From Nitrosopumilus sp. (lineage in GTDB: Archaea; Thermoproteota; Nitrososphaeria; Nitrososphaerales; Nitrosopumilaceae), in assembly GCA_965214775.1 (NCBI GenBank), contig OZ243974.1, positions 2,304,001 to 2,368,000 of the forward strand: 64,000 nt of DNA, read 5' to 3'. Under the pieces are notes generated by a model, which ran no database searches, was not told where the DNA came from, and worked only from the letters and a program-made list of their open reading frames with translations. The first letter of the stretch is position 1; each line of letters starts with the position of its first letter. This document shows, piece after piece, positions 9,699 through 18,826 of the stretch. A program made the position numbers and the translations under genes.

Positions 9699-11024
9699 AT
9701 GAACAAGAGTCTAAGAATTATTGCAATTCTAGCAATATTGCCCTTGTTTGCAACAGGTCTGGGGACTGACTATTTCTCAGGTGTCGATGCTTTGAAAAGT
9801 AAAGGTACTTCAATCTCTCAATATGGTTCAAGTACTGATATCTGTGGATTGGATTTCTGCTCAAACTATCCTGGCGGAAGAGCTGGATGGGAGGCAGACC
9901 GAGGCAGTGCTACTGCACCTGTAGCTCCAGTTGAAAAAGAACACATGGAAAAAGAACACATGGAAAAAGAACACATGGAAAAAGAACACATGGAAAAAGA
10001 ACACATGGAAAAAGAACACATGAAAGAAACTCATGAGGAATTGACTGAAGAAGACTTGGGCTCTGTACTTAGATTGTCAAGAGCAAATGTTCCGGCAACG
10101 ATCCCGTTACATCAAGGATTTTATGATGGGCGTGATGTATATTACATCATTACCGATTCAAGTGATCCTACACATGCTAGCGTGATTACTGAAAACCAAG
10201 GTTGGAAAGTTGAACTTGCCCCACTGTTAAAGAACGCTCCTAAAGAAGCGCTATCAAAAACCTACATGTTCGTAAACGGAATTGAAGGCGATGGCGTTCA
10301 CGGTTATCAGGGAGAGATCTTCACTAGCACTCCTGCTCAAGAAGATATCTACAGTGCCCTGACTTCTCATGTGCATGTTACATGGAATGAAGGTTCCACT
10401 CCTAGAATTTTAGATTCTGAGGCCGTGGTAATGGAAGCTGCAGACAACGGGGAAATTCAATTAGCTGAAATCGATGTTGTATTGAACATGCCTCAAATCA
10501 TCTGGCCTGAAGGACAAATGATGGTAAAAGAGGACAAAACTTTGACTGACACAACACCGTATGGTGGCGGTCAAGTTCTTGATATTAATACAGAAGAAAT
10601 GACGGTAACTTTCATTGCTCATCGTGGATGGGGTCCAGATGGTAGAACAATCTATTACATTGTAACGGATGCAACACCAAGCGATCCTGCCAAAATGATG
10701 GGCGTTGTAAGTTCGCCGACATCTGCAAGATTGATTGCAAGTTCTGCAGCAGTTGATTTGTATCAGTTCAAAAACGGAATTGCAGGGACTGGTCCGTTAG
10801 GATTTCAGCCTGGAATTGCAGTAGGCGCCCCCGGTGATCAAAACTATTCCCCAATGTGGAGAATCTTTCTGACTGGATGGGCTGATCCTGAAAGTGCACA
10901 AGTTTTAGAAACCATTGATGATCTGAATGCATATCAGCAAGCTGGGTTGATTGAAATTGGAATTGCACGTCCTATGGACAGTGATCATATAGTAAACTGC
11001 CCATTTATTGATCCATTCCAATAA
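9699..11024 (+). CDS. Secreted protein with His/Met-rich tandem repeat and two internally repeated domains
   Basis: Signal peptide; (EKEHM)x6; duplicated YYIITD/YYIVTD and YSAL/YSPM modules. Confidence 0.85.
   Translation: MNKSLRIIAILAILPLFATGLGTDYFSGVDALKSKGTSISQYGSSTDICGLDFCSNYPGGRAGWEADRGSATAPVAPVEKEHMEKEHMEKEHMEKEHMEKEHMEKEHMKETHEELTEEDLGSVLRLSRANVPATIPLHQGFYDGRDVYYIITDSSDPTHASVITENQGWKVELAPLLKNAPKEALSKTYMFVNGIEGDGVHGYQGEIFTSTPAQEDIYSALTSHVHVTWNEGSTPRILDSEAVVMEAADNGEIQLAEIDVVLNMPQIIWPEGQMMVKEDKTLTDTTPYGGGQVLDINTEEMTVTFIAHRGWGPDGRTIYYIVTDATPSDPAKMMGVVSSPTSARLIASSAAVDLYQFKNGIAGTGPLGFQPGIAVGAPGDQNYSPMWRIFLTGWADPESAQVLETIDDLNAYQQAGLIEIGIARPMDSDHIVNCPFIDPFQ
9933..10022 (+). repeat. 15-bp perfect tandem repeat x6 (GAAAAAGAACACATG; EKEHM)
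   Basis: Directly visible. Confidence 0.95.
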
Positions 11025-11204
11025 AATCAAAATCCTCTTTTTTGTAACTGATCGGGCTCTAAGCCGTTTCTGATTTTTTCAAGCACAAATTCTATTTGAT
11101 CAGCAGGCATTCATTATATGGTGACGAGTGAAAGTCTTTGATCCTCAAAAGGCGTCTTCCTGCGTAGTTTATGCCATGTGTGCTCAAGAACTTTTAATCG
11201 CCAC

Positions 11205-11287
11205 TATAGCAACGAGCAAAAGTCTTTGAGTCAAAACATGGTCAAATTGCCCGTAAAAGACCTCAATTATTTGTGAGCGTTGCCATA
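11205..11287 (+). mobile_element. MITE family B (~83 bp, TATAGCAACG ends)
   Basis: TIR TATAGCAACG/CGTTGCCATA; near-identical to 21732-21814 and similar to 44714-44796. Confidence 0.85.
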
Positions 11288-11438
11288 GTAGGAAAATCTA
11301 TGTCTGAACTTCCAGTCCGATCAGCCTCTTTTTTTATTTTTTCAAACTTTGAACGTATGTTTGATTTCAAGTATTTTTTTTAATGTTTTTTTGAAAATTG
11401 ACTGTCAACTTTATCTATGATCAAGTGAATATGTTGGT

Positions 11439-11813
11439 ATGAGTATTGCAGGAATGTACATGCTAAATTCTTCGGAGTACCAGGAGGATAAAATCCGTCA
11501 AACCCTGGACATGTTATATGTTGACAGAAAAAATGAGTTTCGTGAGTTGGCCCAGATTCTATTGCCTGAAAAGGCAATGACATCCATGCAAAATTGGAAA
11601 GAATTCGTTTTGAATTTCTCATTGGATGTTGAGGAATCCTTCAAGTCTTGGTCAGGCCAATCTGAATTGGATACTCACTCTCCACAAAAGGCATTGACAA
11701 TATTGCGCCAATTGGGCCATGATTTGACTTCCATGAATCAATTGACACATCTTCTTAACCTGTCATACAATCTATCTGTAGAATTCAAAGAGATTTACCG
11801 CAGACTAAAGTAA
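11439..11813 (+). CDS. Hypothetical protein
   Basis: 124-aa ORF with host-like composition. Confidence 0.75.
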   Translation: MSIAGMYMLNSSEYQEDKIRQTLDMLYVDRKNEFRELAQILLPEKAMTSMQNWKEFVLNFSLDVEESFKSWSGQSELDTHSPQKALTILRQLGHDLTSMNQLTHLLNLSYNLSVEFKEIYRRLK

Positions 11814-11853
11814 CTTCCTTATTTTTTTATTATGGTAGGCACAAATTTTCATA

Positions 11854-12078
11854 TTGAATTTTCTATCAAAAAAGGTTCTAGAGTATCAGGAAAAAAAATT
11901 AAAAGAGTCTGAAAAAACCTTACGTCAACATCTTGACAATAAAAAAAGACTTGAATCATCTGGTGGCTCAACAAAAGAGATCGAACATGAAGAAAAACTT
12001 GTCAAAATTTGGTCTGCCAATATCGAAAAAATAAAGGCAGAGATGAGAAAAATTCAAGAAAAAAATAAGATTCATTAG
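11854..12078 (+). CDS. Small coiled-coil hypothetical protein
   Basis: 74-aa E/K-rich ORF, TTG start. Confidence 0.65.
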   Translation: MNFLSKKVLEYQEKKLKESEKTLRQHLDNKKRLESSGGSTKEIEHEEKLVKIWSANIEKIKAEMRKIQEKNKIH

Positions 12079-12094
12079 GAATGGCATTGATTGC

Positions 12095-12352
12095 TTGTTT
12101 ATGGATTTCATGCTTGAAGAGGAATTGATTGATTTGATGACATTTTGCCTCCAAAACCCAGATTCCTCTGAAATTCCAGAAAAACATAAACGGATTACTG
12201 AAATTGGCCATGAACTATATGCTGATGGCGGGATTGATGCACTTGAAAATTTCTTCTTTGTACTAAAAAACAGAATTACTGAAGAAATAGAAAAAGATCC
12301 ATCCCCGATGCGTTCGCTATGGAATGGCCTTACTGATAAATGGCAGTATTAG
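12095..12352 (+). CDS. Hypothetical protein
   Basis: 85-aa acidic ORF (start may be ATG at 12101). Confidence 0.7.
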   Translation: MFMDFMLEEELIDLMTFCLQNPDSSEIPEKHKRITEIGHELYADGGIDALENFFFVLKNRITEEIEKDPSPMRSLWNGLTDKWQY

Positions 12353-12371
12353 ATTCCCGTATTTGGGAACT

Positions 12372-12515
12372 TTATCCCCTGCCAATTCTGAATATGGCTG
12401 TGTTGCAGGTCGGGCATGTGCCTCTGACTGCAGGTTTGCCATTTTTCATGGTGTATGGTTTTGCGCCGCCGATCTCTCGTTTGTCGCGACACTTTACACA
12501 ATATCCTATTGCCAT
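12372..12515 (-). CDS. DUF5679-like zinc-ribbon microprotein (47 aa)
   Basis: MAIGYCVKCRDKREIGGAKPYTMKNGKPAVRGTCPTCNTAIFRIGRG*; YCVKC..KNG..G.CP.C pattern; below the ORF-track length cutoff. Confidence 0.85.
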   Translation of the reverse strand: MAIGYCVKCRDKREIGGAKPYTMKNGKPAVRGTCPTCNTAIFRIGRG

Positions 12516-12708
12516 AATTGAACTAGGCTCAGGTTCTATTAGCGAGGACTTGTTGAACTTTTTTTACCAAGTGGCAAACCTTCGATCCCACTTTTTATGT
12601 CATAAGACGATTTTTTCGCATCAACCGTTTTTTGCAAGATTTAGGAACAAGTTCTTGGAAGATCTTGGGTAAAACATGCAAATTTAATGAACAAAGTCTG
12701 TCCATTTT

Positions 12709-13134
12709 TTAGCTTACATTGACTTGAACTCTAGATGCTGCAGACAAGGCGTGATGGTTTTTCAAAGCTTCCCATACAAAAATTTCTGCAAAATGCTCCC
12801 CATCTTTTTGTGGAGTCCATGATAATGAAAGATTTAGTTTTTGATCAGGCGTCAACTGTCCCCTTATCCATCCAAGCGATACGACAAAACCTGATTTATC
12901 CTTGATTTGTACAAGATACACAAAATTTTGAGATTTTGTTTGATGGTTTGTAATGTCTGCTGAAATCTGGACTTGCTGATTTACATTGACATTGTCTGTT
13001 ATTGGTACTCCGAATGCGTTTTCTAATCTTGGCTTTTCAATTGAAGCTCTTTCTAATTCTGATAATGCAAAAATTGGGCTAAAACTAATGCTTACCAGCA
13101 ATATGATTGCAATTCCCATCCACCCAGATAACAC
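12709..13134 (-). CDS. Secreted Ig-like hypothetical protein
   Basis: Signal peptide; QVQISADITN..LSWTP..IFVWE pattern. Confidence 0.75.
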   Translation of the reverse strand: MLSGWMGIAIILLVSISFSPIFALSELERASIEKPRLENAFGVPITDNVNVNQQVQISADITNHQTKSQNFVYLVQIKDKSGFVVSLGWIRGQLTPDQKLNLSLSWTPQKDGEHFAEIFVWEALKNHHALSAASRVQVNVS

Positions 13135-13209
13135 AAAAATTGAACAAGTTTTTTGCTAATAAAGCGTTTGTGGATCAATTTTTTTCGATTTGGGCATTAA
13201 TCTGCCAAA

Positions 13210-14658
13210 TTAATCCCCCTCCCCTCTCTTGGTTTTTGATGGGACTATCTTGTTTGGATTGAGAACTTTGTTCTGATCTAACAATTCCTTTAATTCTTGA
13301 AAAATCGCATAATTTTTCCCTCCATATTGGCTTTTGATGAATTCTGAACGAGCGATTCCATCCCCGTGTTCGGCCGTGATTGTGCCTGACAATCTGATCA
13401 CTTTCGAAAAGAATTGTTTTGAAATGTCTCTGACGGTACTTTCTTGCAGAATATTTCCTGACAATCTGATGTGTAAATTCCCATTTCCAATATGCCCGTA
13501 AATGATGGATTTTGTAGCGTATTTTTTGTTAATTTGTTTGATGATTGAAAACACTTTTTCAATTTTTTCAATCGGAACTGCCGCATCTTCAATTATGTCT
13601 GGCATTCTTTCTTCTTTTCTTATCGATTTTAAGCTGTAATGTAAAGACAAATCCCTGTATTTCCACCACTTGGAGACCTCCTTGTCTGTGCAAGCCATTT
13701 TTTTGATTCTGCCCTTTGAGAGTGATTTTAATTCCTTTTGGTTTTTAGAAATTTTATCATCGTACTCTACAAATAATAAACAGTCTGTTTTTTTGTCAAA
13801 TTTTTCTGGAATGTGTTTTAGCATTGCCTTGTCTACAAATTCCATTGCCGACGGATTTGTCATCAAAATTTCTTTACAGTTTTTAGCAGCTTGCATGTTT
13901 GAATTGTATTCTATTACGAACAGAATTTTCTTTTTAGGGATGTCTTGGATTTGAATTTTTGCTGAAAGAATAATTCCCAGCGTTCCTTCAGATCCTAAAA
14001 TAATTTTATGCGAGTCTTTTTCATTTTTTATCGCGTCAATTCTGTATCCTGATGAGTTTTTAGAGACGTCTGGAAACCTTTTTTTGTCAATCTTTTTTGA
14101 AATATCAAATATTTTTTTGCTGATCTTCCTGTTTTCTGGAAGTTTGACAAGTTTTCCATCTCCGTCCACTATGGTCAGTTCTAAAACATTGTCAATCATA
14201 CTGCCGTATTTCAAACTTCTACTTCCGCTTGAATTGTTTCCCAGCATTCCGCCAATAGAACAATACGGCCCAATTGAAGGATTTGGCGGAAAGAACTTCT
14301 TTTTTGGTTTTAATTTTTCATCCAGGACTCCTTTTAGAACCCCCGGCTCAACGTGCGCGTAATTTTCTCTAATTTTGATTTTGTCTAATCTTTTTAAATC
14401 CAAGATTATGCCTGAATTCAACGCACTTCCGACGAGTCCGGTTCCTGCCCCTCTGACTGTGACTGTAGTGTTGAATTTTTTAGCCGTTTTGACTGTATTG
14501 ATTACGTCTTTTTGGCCGTTGGCTATGATGACTGCTTTGGGGACAATTTGATACGAGCTTGCATCTACTGAATAATAATTTCTTGCTTCTTTGTCTGATA
14601 GTACACTGCCGTCGATTTTTGATTCCAGGCATTCTATCAGATTTTTTTCATGTGGCAT
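13210..14658 (-). CDS. FAD-binding oxidoreductase (GlcD/D-lactate dehydrogenase-like)
   Basis: RGAGTGLVG, GSEGTLG, HIGNGNLH, AEHGDG, LNPNK motifs. Confidence 0.9.
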   Translation of the reverse strand: MPHEKNLIECLESKIDGSVLSDKEARNYYSVDASSYQIVPKAVIIANGQKDVINTVKTAKKFNTTVTVRGAGTGLVGSALNSGIILDLKRLDKIKIRENYAHVEPGVLKGVLDEKLKPKKKFFPPNPSIGPYCSIGGMLGNNSSGSRSLKYGSMIDNVLELTIVDGDGKLVKLPENRKISKKIFDISKKIDKKRFPDVSKNSSGYRIDAIKNEKDSHKIILGSEGTLGIILSAKIQIQDIPKKKILFVIEYNSNMQAAKNCKEILMTNPSAMEFVDKAMLKHIPEKFDKKTDCLLFVEYDDKISKNQKELKSLSKGRIKKMACTDKEVSKWWKYRDLSLHYSLKSIRKEERMPDIIEDAAVPIEKIEKVFSIIKQINKKYATKSIIYGHIGNGNLHIRLSGNILQESTVRDISKQFFSKVIRLSGTITAEHGDGIARSEFIKSQYGGKNYAIFQELKELLDQNKVLNPNKIVPSKTKRGEGD

Positions 14659-14664
14659 GCGTGT

Positions 14665-15981
14665 CTAAATCTTAATTCTGTAATAATCCCACCTTTCAGG
14701 ATCAAACAGGGTTACAAACTCTGCCTGTTCTTTATCGACCCTTGATCTAATTACGTCTCGTAGAGCAAAACTAGTAAGGAATTTGTATTTCATAGAATGG
14801 GCCTGCATGATGAACATGTGTCTCATCTCACTGCCTCCCTTCAATCCCCAATAACCCGTTTTTAATGCAAGCGGTTCTAAGAAAACCGTATTTCCTAACC
14901 CGTAATTCTCATCTCTGATCTCCTCTCTGAGGCTGTACTTTTCTAGTGGCCCGCCCTTGGCAAATCCCAAAATTTCCCCATCTTTGTAGTTTAGCCTTAG
15001 CGTATTGATGATAACTTGCGGATCCTTTACCGTTTTCTCAAAATTATCTTTTTCAAACTGCAGCGGGGTTGGAAGCTCCAGGAATATCTCGTATAACGAT
15101 TTTATGAAGCTTGGATCTTCCCTTGTGGGCATTGATTCTATGGTTGGAATTAATTTCAAATTTTCATAAGCATAATCGGCCTGAATTGCAATCTCTTGCT
15201 GTCTGATTTTCATAAATGACAAAACTGTATCAAAAAAGTTTTTCCGCATTTCTTTTGGCAGTGTTTTTAGAATTCCTTTTACCATGTCTGTTTCCTTGTT
15301 TAACAATTCTTCAAAATATGCAACTGCGCTTCTGACAATTAATGACGGCCTCCATGCTAATGCATGGGCGTTCATCTTTACTATTTCCATGGATTTGGCA
15401 AAGTCTCCTAAGGCATAACCGCTGATTCTATCTACCACTGAGAGAAACCATCCCATCTCCATAACATGCTGTTGAAATTGTTGATTGTCTCTAGCTGAAT
15501 TTGAATTTTGAAAACATTGTTTGATTTGCTCCTCTGCATTTCTTCTCAAATCACCGCTCCACGGATACGTTGTTCTTAAAATCAAGACCTTGATGATTTC
15601 TAGATCTACGTTTGCCGTGCTGATCAGCCGCCTTAATTTCTTATCCATTGAAATAAACCTCAAAACACTTTCTTCGTGCGGCTTGTCTACGTTTTTTTGT
15701 GGATCAAAATCATGAAACAGCGCTGCAATGTACAGATATTTGACATCTTCTGGCGAAAACTTGACTCTTTCTTGATTTATTGCCAGAAGAGAAACATAAG
15801 TCACTTCAAGTTCGTGATGGATGTTGTGATATCCGTAGTAGTCACTTCCCAATCCTTGGCTTTCAAACAAATCAATAGTGTAATCTAGCATTTCGACATA
15901 ACAGTCATCCTCCAATCCGTTTTGAACCATCAAGCTGATGATTTCATTTCTCATCAAGTGAGTGTTTGCAAATTTCTGCAA
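14665..15981 (-). CDS. HD-domain protein with C-terminal GNAT-like region
   Basis: YHNIHH...ALFHD HD motif; C-terminal LEPLAL..GYWGLKGG. Confidence 0.8.
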   Translation of the reverse strand: MQKFANTHLMRNEIISLMVQNGLEDDCYVEMLDYTIDLFESQGLGSDYYGYHNIHHELEVTYVSLLAINQERVKFSPEDVKYLYIAALFHDFDPQKNVDKPHEESVLRFISMDKKLRRLISTANVDLEIIKVLILRTTYPWSGDLRRNAEEQIKQCFQNSNSARDNQQFQQHVMEMGWFLSVVDRISGYALGDFAKSMEIVKMNAHALAWRPSLIVRSAVAYFEELLNKETDMVKGILKTLPKEMRKNFFDTVLSFMKIRQQEIAIQADYAYENLKLIPTIESMPTREDPSFIKSLYEIFLELPTPLQFEKDNFEKTVKDPQVIINTLRLNYKDGEILGFAKGGPLEKYSLREEIRDENYGLGNTVFLEPLALKTGYWGLKGGSEMRHMFIMQAHSMKYKFLTSFALRDVIRSRVDKEQAEFVTLFDPERWDYYRIKI

Positions 15982-16082
15982 TACAACACAAATCTAAATT
16001 CCTGTTTTTAAAGATGATCCGTTGTGATACCCGTAAAGCCCCTTCAGTAACACTCAATAGAATTATCATTGGATAATTTTCA

Positions 16083-16505
16083 ATGTCAGTCGACCTTAAC
16101 TTACTTGAAAAATTAATGACTGAAACCGGGTCTAAAAAACTCGGTTTTTCGTTACATCTTGATGGTTCAACTTATCCTGTAACCTCTGTTGGCATCACTA
16201 ATTCCCCCACTCCTGTAAATGAGCCTACTACCCGTGGAGGCGTATATTTTTCAGATACGTTTGCGTACAAAATGAAGGGAACTATTGAAGACCTGTCTGT
16301 AATTCCGTTACTGACAAAGAAAATGCTGGGTCCGAATACTGATTTTGGAGAACTGAAAATTATTGCACAGATACCGTCAGATGATAACGGCGATGACGAC
16401 GATGACGATTCTAAAATTGTAGTCTTTGCCAATCTGACAAACAGCGTTCAAACCCCAACTTCAATTGAACTAAACATGGTTATTGTAAGACTCGAGACTG
16501 CCTAA
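16083..16505 (+). CDS. Hypothetical protein with poly-Asp insert
   Basis: 140-aa ORF. Confidence 0.75.
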   Translation: MSVDLNLLEKLMTETGSKKLGFSLHLDGSTYPVTSVGITNSPTPVNEPTTRGGVYFSDTFAYKMKGTIEDLSVIPLLTKKMLGPNTDFGELKIIAQIPSDDNGDDDDDDSKIVVFANLTNSVQTPTSIELNMVIVRLETA

Positions 16506-17056
16506 TCTTTTTTAAAATATCTGTCATATTTTTTACGACTTTCTTCGTTTGACAGTATCTCGTAAGCTTCGTTTAACTCTGCCATCTCTTTTTCAGAGCC
16601 TTCCCTTGTTTTATCCGGATGGGTTTTCTTTACTAATTCTCTGAATTTTCTTTTGATTTCTTCTGATGATGCATCAATGTCTACTCCCAATTTTTCATAA
16701 TAGTCCGGGAGTTCGTCATTAATCGATGCTTCCAGAAATTCCTTATCTTCTCTGGTGTTTTGTCTTTGTCCGATCTCTTCATAGTCATCCCCCCATCCTG
16801 AATGGTACTTTTCAAACGTTTTTTCTTTTTTAGACTCTAGATTTTCTTTGTCGTATGATGTTTTTTTCCTGAGGATTATGTCTCTTGCCAGAAATAAAAA
16901 AATTGCAATAATTGCTATGGAAAATCCTCCAAACAACAGCATCCTGTCCTGATCTGAGGCCTTTAACTCCATGTCTAATTCTGAAGACTGCTGTCCATGT
17001 GCAAACTGTGTTGTAAAAACCACCAACAATGAGATCACAAGAATGTTTTTTTCCAT
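16502..17056 (-). CDS. Membrane-anchored DnaJ-domain protein
   Basis: DYYEKLGV...HPD...LNEAYEILS J-domain; N-terminal TM segments. Confidence 0.9.
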   Translation of the reverse strand: MEKNILVISLLVVFTTQFAHGQQSSELDMELKASDQDRMLLFGGFSIAIIAIFLFLARDIILRKKTSYDKENLESKKEKTFEKYHSGWGDDYEEIGQRQNTREDKEFLEASINDELPDYYEKLGVDIDASSEEIKRKFRELVKKTHPDKTREGSEKEMAELNEAYEILSNEESRKKYDRYFKKD

Positions 17057-17067
17057 CAGTCTCTCCT

Positions 17068-17511
17068 TTATGCTAGTCTAAAGTCTTCTTTTACCGTATT
17101 TAGAACTAGATGTGTAATGGTGTTTTTGACGTTGGGGATTGATGCTAATCCCTTTACAAACACGTTAAGTTCGTCTCTTTCTCTGAATTTGGCAATAACG
17201 ATTGTATCTGTAGAACCTGTGATGTCATATACGCCGCAAACATTCTCAAATTTCGAAATCTCTTCTTCTATATCGACAATTTTGTTATTTTTTGCAACAA
17301 TCTCTATGATTGCAGTAAGCGAATATCCTACTTTTTCATGGTCTATAATTGCGGCATATCCCTTGATTATCTTCTCTTTTTCTAATTTTTTTATACGCGA
17401 AAGGATTGTGACTGTAGCCATGCCAAATTTTAGCGCTAATTGCCTTGCAGACAATCTTGCATCCATCATTAGATTTTTCATAATCTTTTCATCAGTATCG
17501 TCAAAACTCAT
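17068..17511 (-). CDS. Lrp/AsnC family transcriptional regulator
   Basis: DDTDEKI..DARLS HTH, RIKKLE..IIKGY, ITGSTD. Confidence 0.93.
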   Translation of the reverse strand: MSFDDTDEKIMKNLMMDARLSARQLALKFGMATVTILSRIKKLEKEKIIKGYAAIIDHEKVGYSLTAIIEIVAKNNKIVDIEEEISKFENVCGVYDITGSTDTIVIAKFRERDELNVFVKGLASIPNVKNTITHLVLNTVKEDFRLA

Positions 17512-17576
17512 ACTATATCATCGTGAAAAATTTATTTAAATTTTGAATCTTTCAAATTTATTACAAACGAGCTTCC

Positions 17577-17816
17577 ATGTTGTTTGTGGTGGACGAAATT
17601 GCCGAACTGGTCTCAAAGGGACAATCCTTTATGGATGATGGAGAATTTGAAGATGCCCTGGGTGCCTTTGAGCAAGCTTTGCTATTAAATCAAGACGACC
17701 CAGATTTGTGGAATCATAAAGGGGTTGCACTGAGAAGTCTGGGAAGGTATGATGAATCTGTGGAATGCTTTAACCGTTCACTGGAAATTGATCCTAGAGA
17801 TAAACGTGCTTCTTGA
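17577..17816 (+). CDS. TPR-repeat protein
   Basis: LWNHKGVALRSLGRYDESVECF TPR. Confidence 0.85.
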   Translation: MLFVVDEIAELVSKGQSFMDDGEFEDALGAFEQALLLNQDDPDLWNHKGVALRSLGRYDESVECFNRSLEIDPRDKRAS

Positions 17817-17818
17817 TT

Positions 17819-17929
17819 CAGCTAAGTGAAAAGTACCATGAAATCGAGCAAAAACAGAAACTGGGCAGGAGGCACGGCGCCTCAATAGCAAGGCAAAACA
17901 ACAAATCTCGTTTACTTTTCACTTAGCTG
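17819..17929 (+). mobile_element. MITE family D (CAG..CTG ends, 5-bp TSD TGATT)
   Basis: Perfect 17-bp TIR CAGCTAAGTGAAAAGTA; TGATT on both sides; homologue at 44805-44920. Confidence 0.9.
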
Positions 17930-17934
17930 TGATT

Positions 17935-18056
17935 CAGTCTTCCCAGAAGTTCCCCACAAGACGGCTCCAAACTCGAAACAATTCAGGCTGGGATGCCTGC
18001 AGGTCCGTACGTCACCGTCTGCACGGCCATTAGTCTGGTTACTTCTGGGAAGACTG
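17935..18056. mobile_element. MITE family E (CAG..CTG ends, 5-bp TSD TGATT)
   Basis: Perfect 16-bp TIR CAGTCTTCCCAGAAGT; TGATT on both sides. Confidence 0.9.
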
Positions 18057-18117
18057 TGATTGAATCGGCGTAAAGCAGTGGCAAATCTATTTTATTATCA
18101 AATGATTATTTCATCTA

Positions 18118-18615
18118 GTGGTTGTAGAGATATCAAAAATGTTACAACAAGCAATGGAATTCGTCGAAGATGACAATTTTGATGATGCACTGAAAATGTA
18201 TGATTTGGTTTTAAAAAAGGAACCAGAAAACATTCATGCCCTAATTGACAAGGGTGCAACCCTCCAAAATATGGGCAGAATAAAACTTGCAATCAAACAC
18301 TTTGACCGCGCATTAAAAGTCTCTCCCAAAAACCTTGATGCGTTATTAAACAAAGGTGCAGCATTACATTCAGAGGGAAGTCACTCTGAGGCAATCTTGT
18401 GCTATGATGCTGCGCTAAAAATTGACAAAAAATGTGCCGTGGCCCTTGCCTACAAAGGACTTTCTCTTGGAGAGATGAATCAATTAGAAGATGCAATAAT
18501 CCATTTCAAAAAGGCGCTATTAATTGACAGGGAATATGATCTTGCACACGTCTCAAAAGAGATTGCTCAGGAGTTGCTAAAATCTATCAAAGAGAAAAAA
18601 GCTAAAACACCGTAA
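18118..18615 (+). CDS. TPR-repeat protein
   Basis: Four TPR units (ALIDKGA, ALLNKGA, ALAYKGL). Confidence 0.88.
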   Translation: MVVEISKMLQQAMEFVEDDNFDDALKMYDLVLKKEPENIHALIDKGATLQNMGRIKLAIKHFDRALKVSPKNLDALLNKGAALHSEGSHSEAILCYDAALKIDKKCAVALAYKGLSLGEMNQLEDAIIHFKKALLIDREYDLAHVSKEIAQELLKSIKEKKAKTP

Positions 18616-18775
18616 CATCGCCTGGTGCTGGTTCTCTGTTTGTCTGTTTTTCATTTGATTCAAAAAAGTCGCCATGTTTGGAATTCTGGTGTTCCCTTAG
18701 TTCTTCAACATTGTCAAATCCCTCGTGACACAGATAACACTTTGGCTTGTGCTCATCTACTAGGGGCAGAACCAT
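18602..18775 (-). CDS. C2H2 zinc-finger microprotein (57 aa)
   Basis: MVLPLVDEHKPKCYLCHEGFDNVEELREHQNSKHGDFF...PAPGDVTVF*; C-x2-C-x12-H-x4-H. Confidence 0.8.
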   Translation of the reverse strand: MVLPLVDEHKPKCYLCHEGFDNVEELREHQNSKHGDFFESNEKQTNREPAPGDVTVF

Positions 18776-18826
18776 GATTTACTCTAGGCAATTGGCTACT
18801 TATCTTTTCAGACTAAGGAATATATC

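Noticed and set aside
12545-12657. Possible further MITE (AGGACTTGTT...AACAAGTTCT)
   Set aside because: Short imperfect IR, no TSD and no second copy in the window
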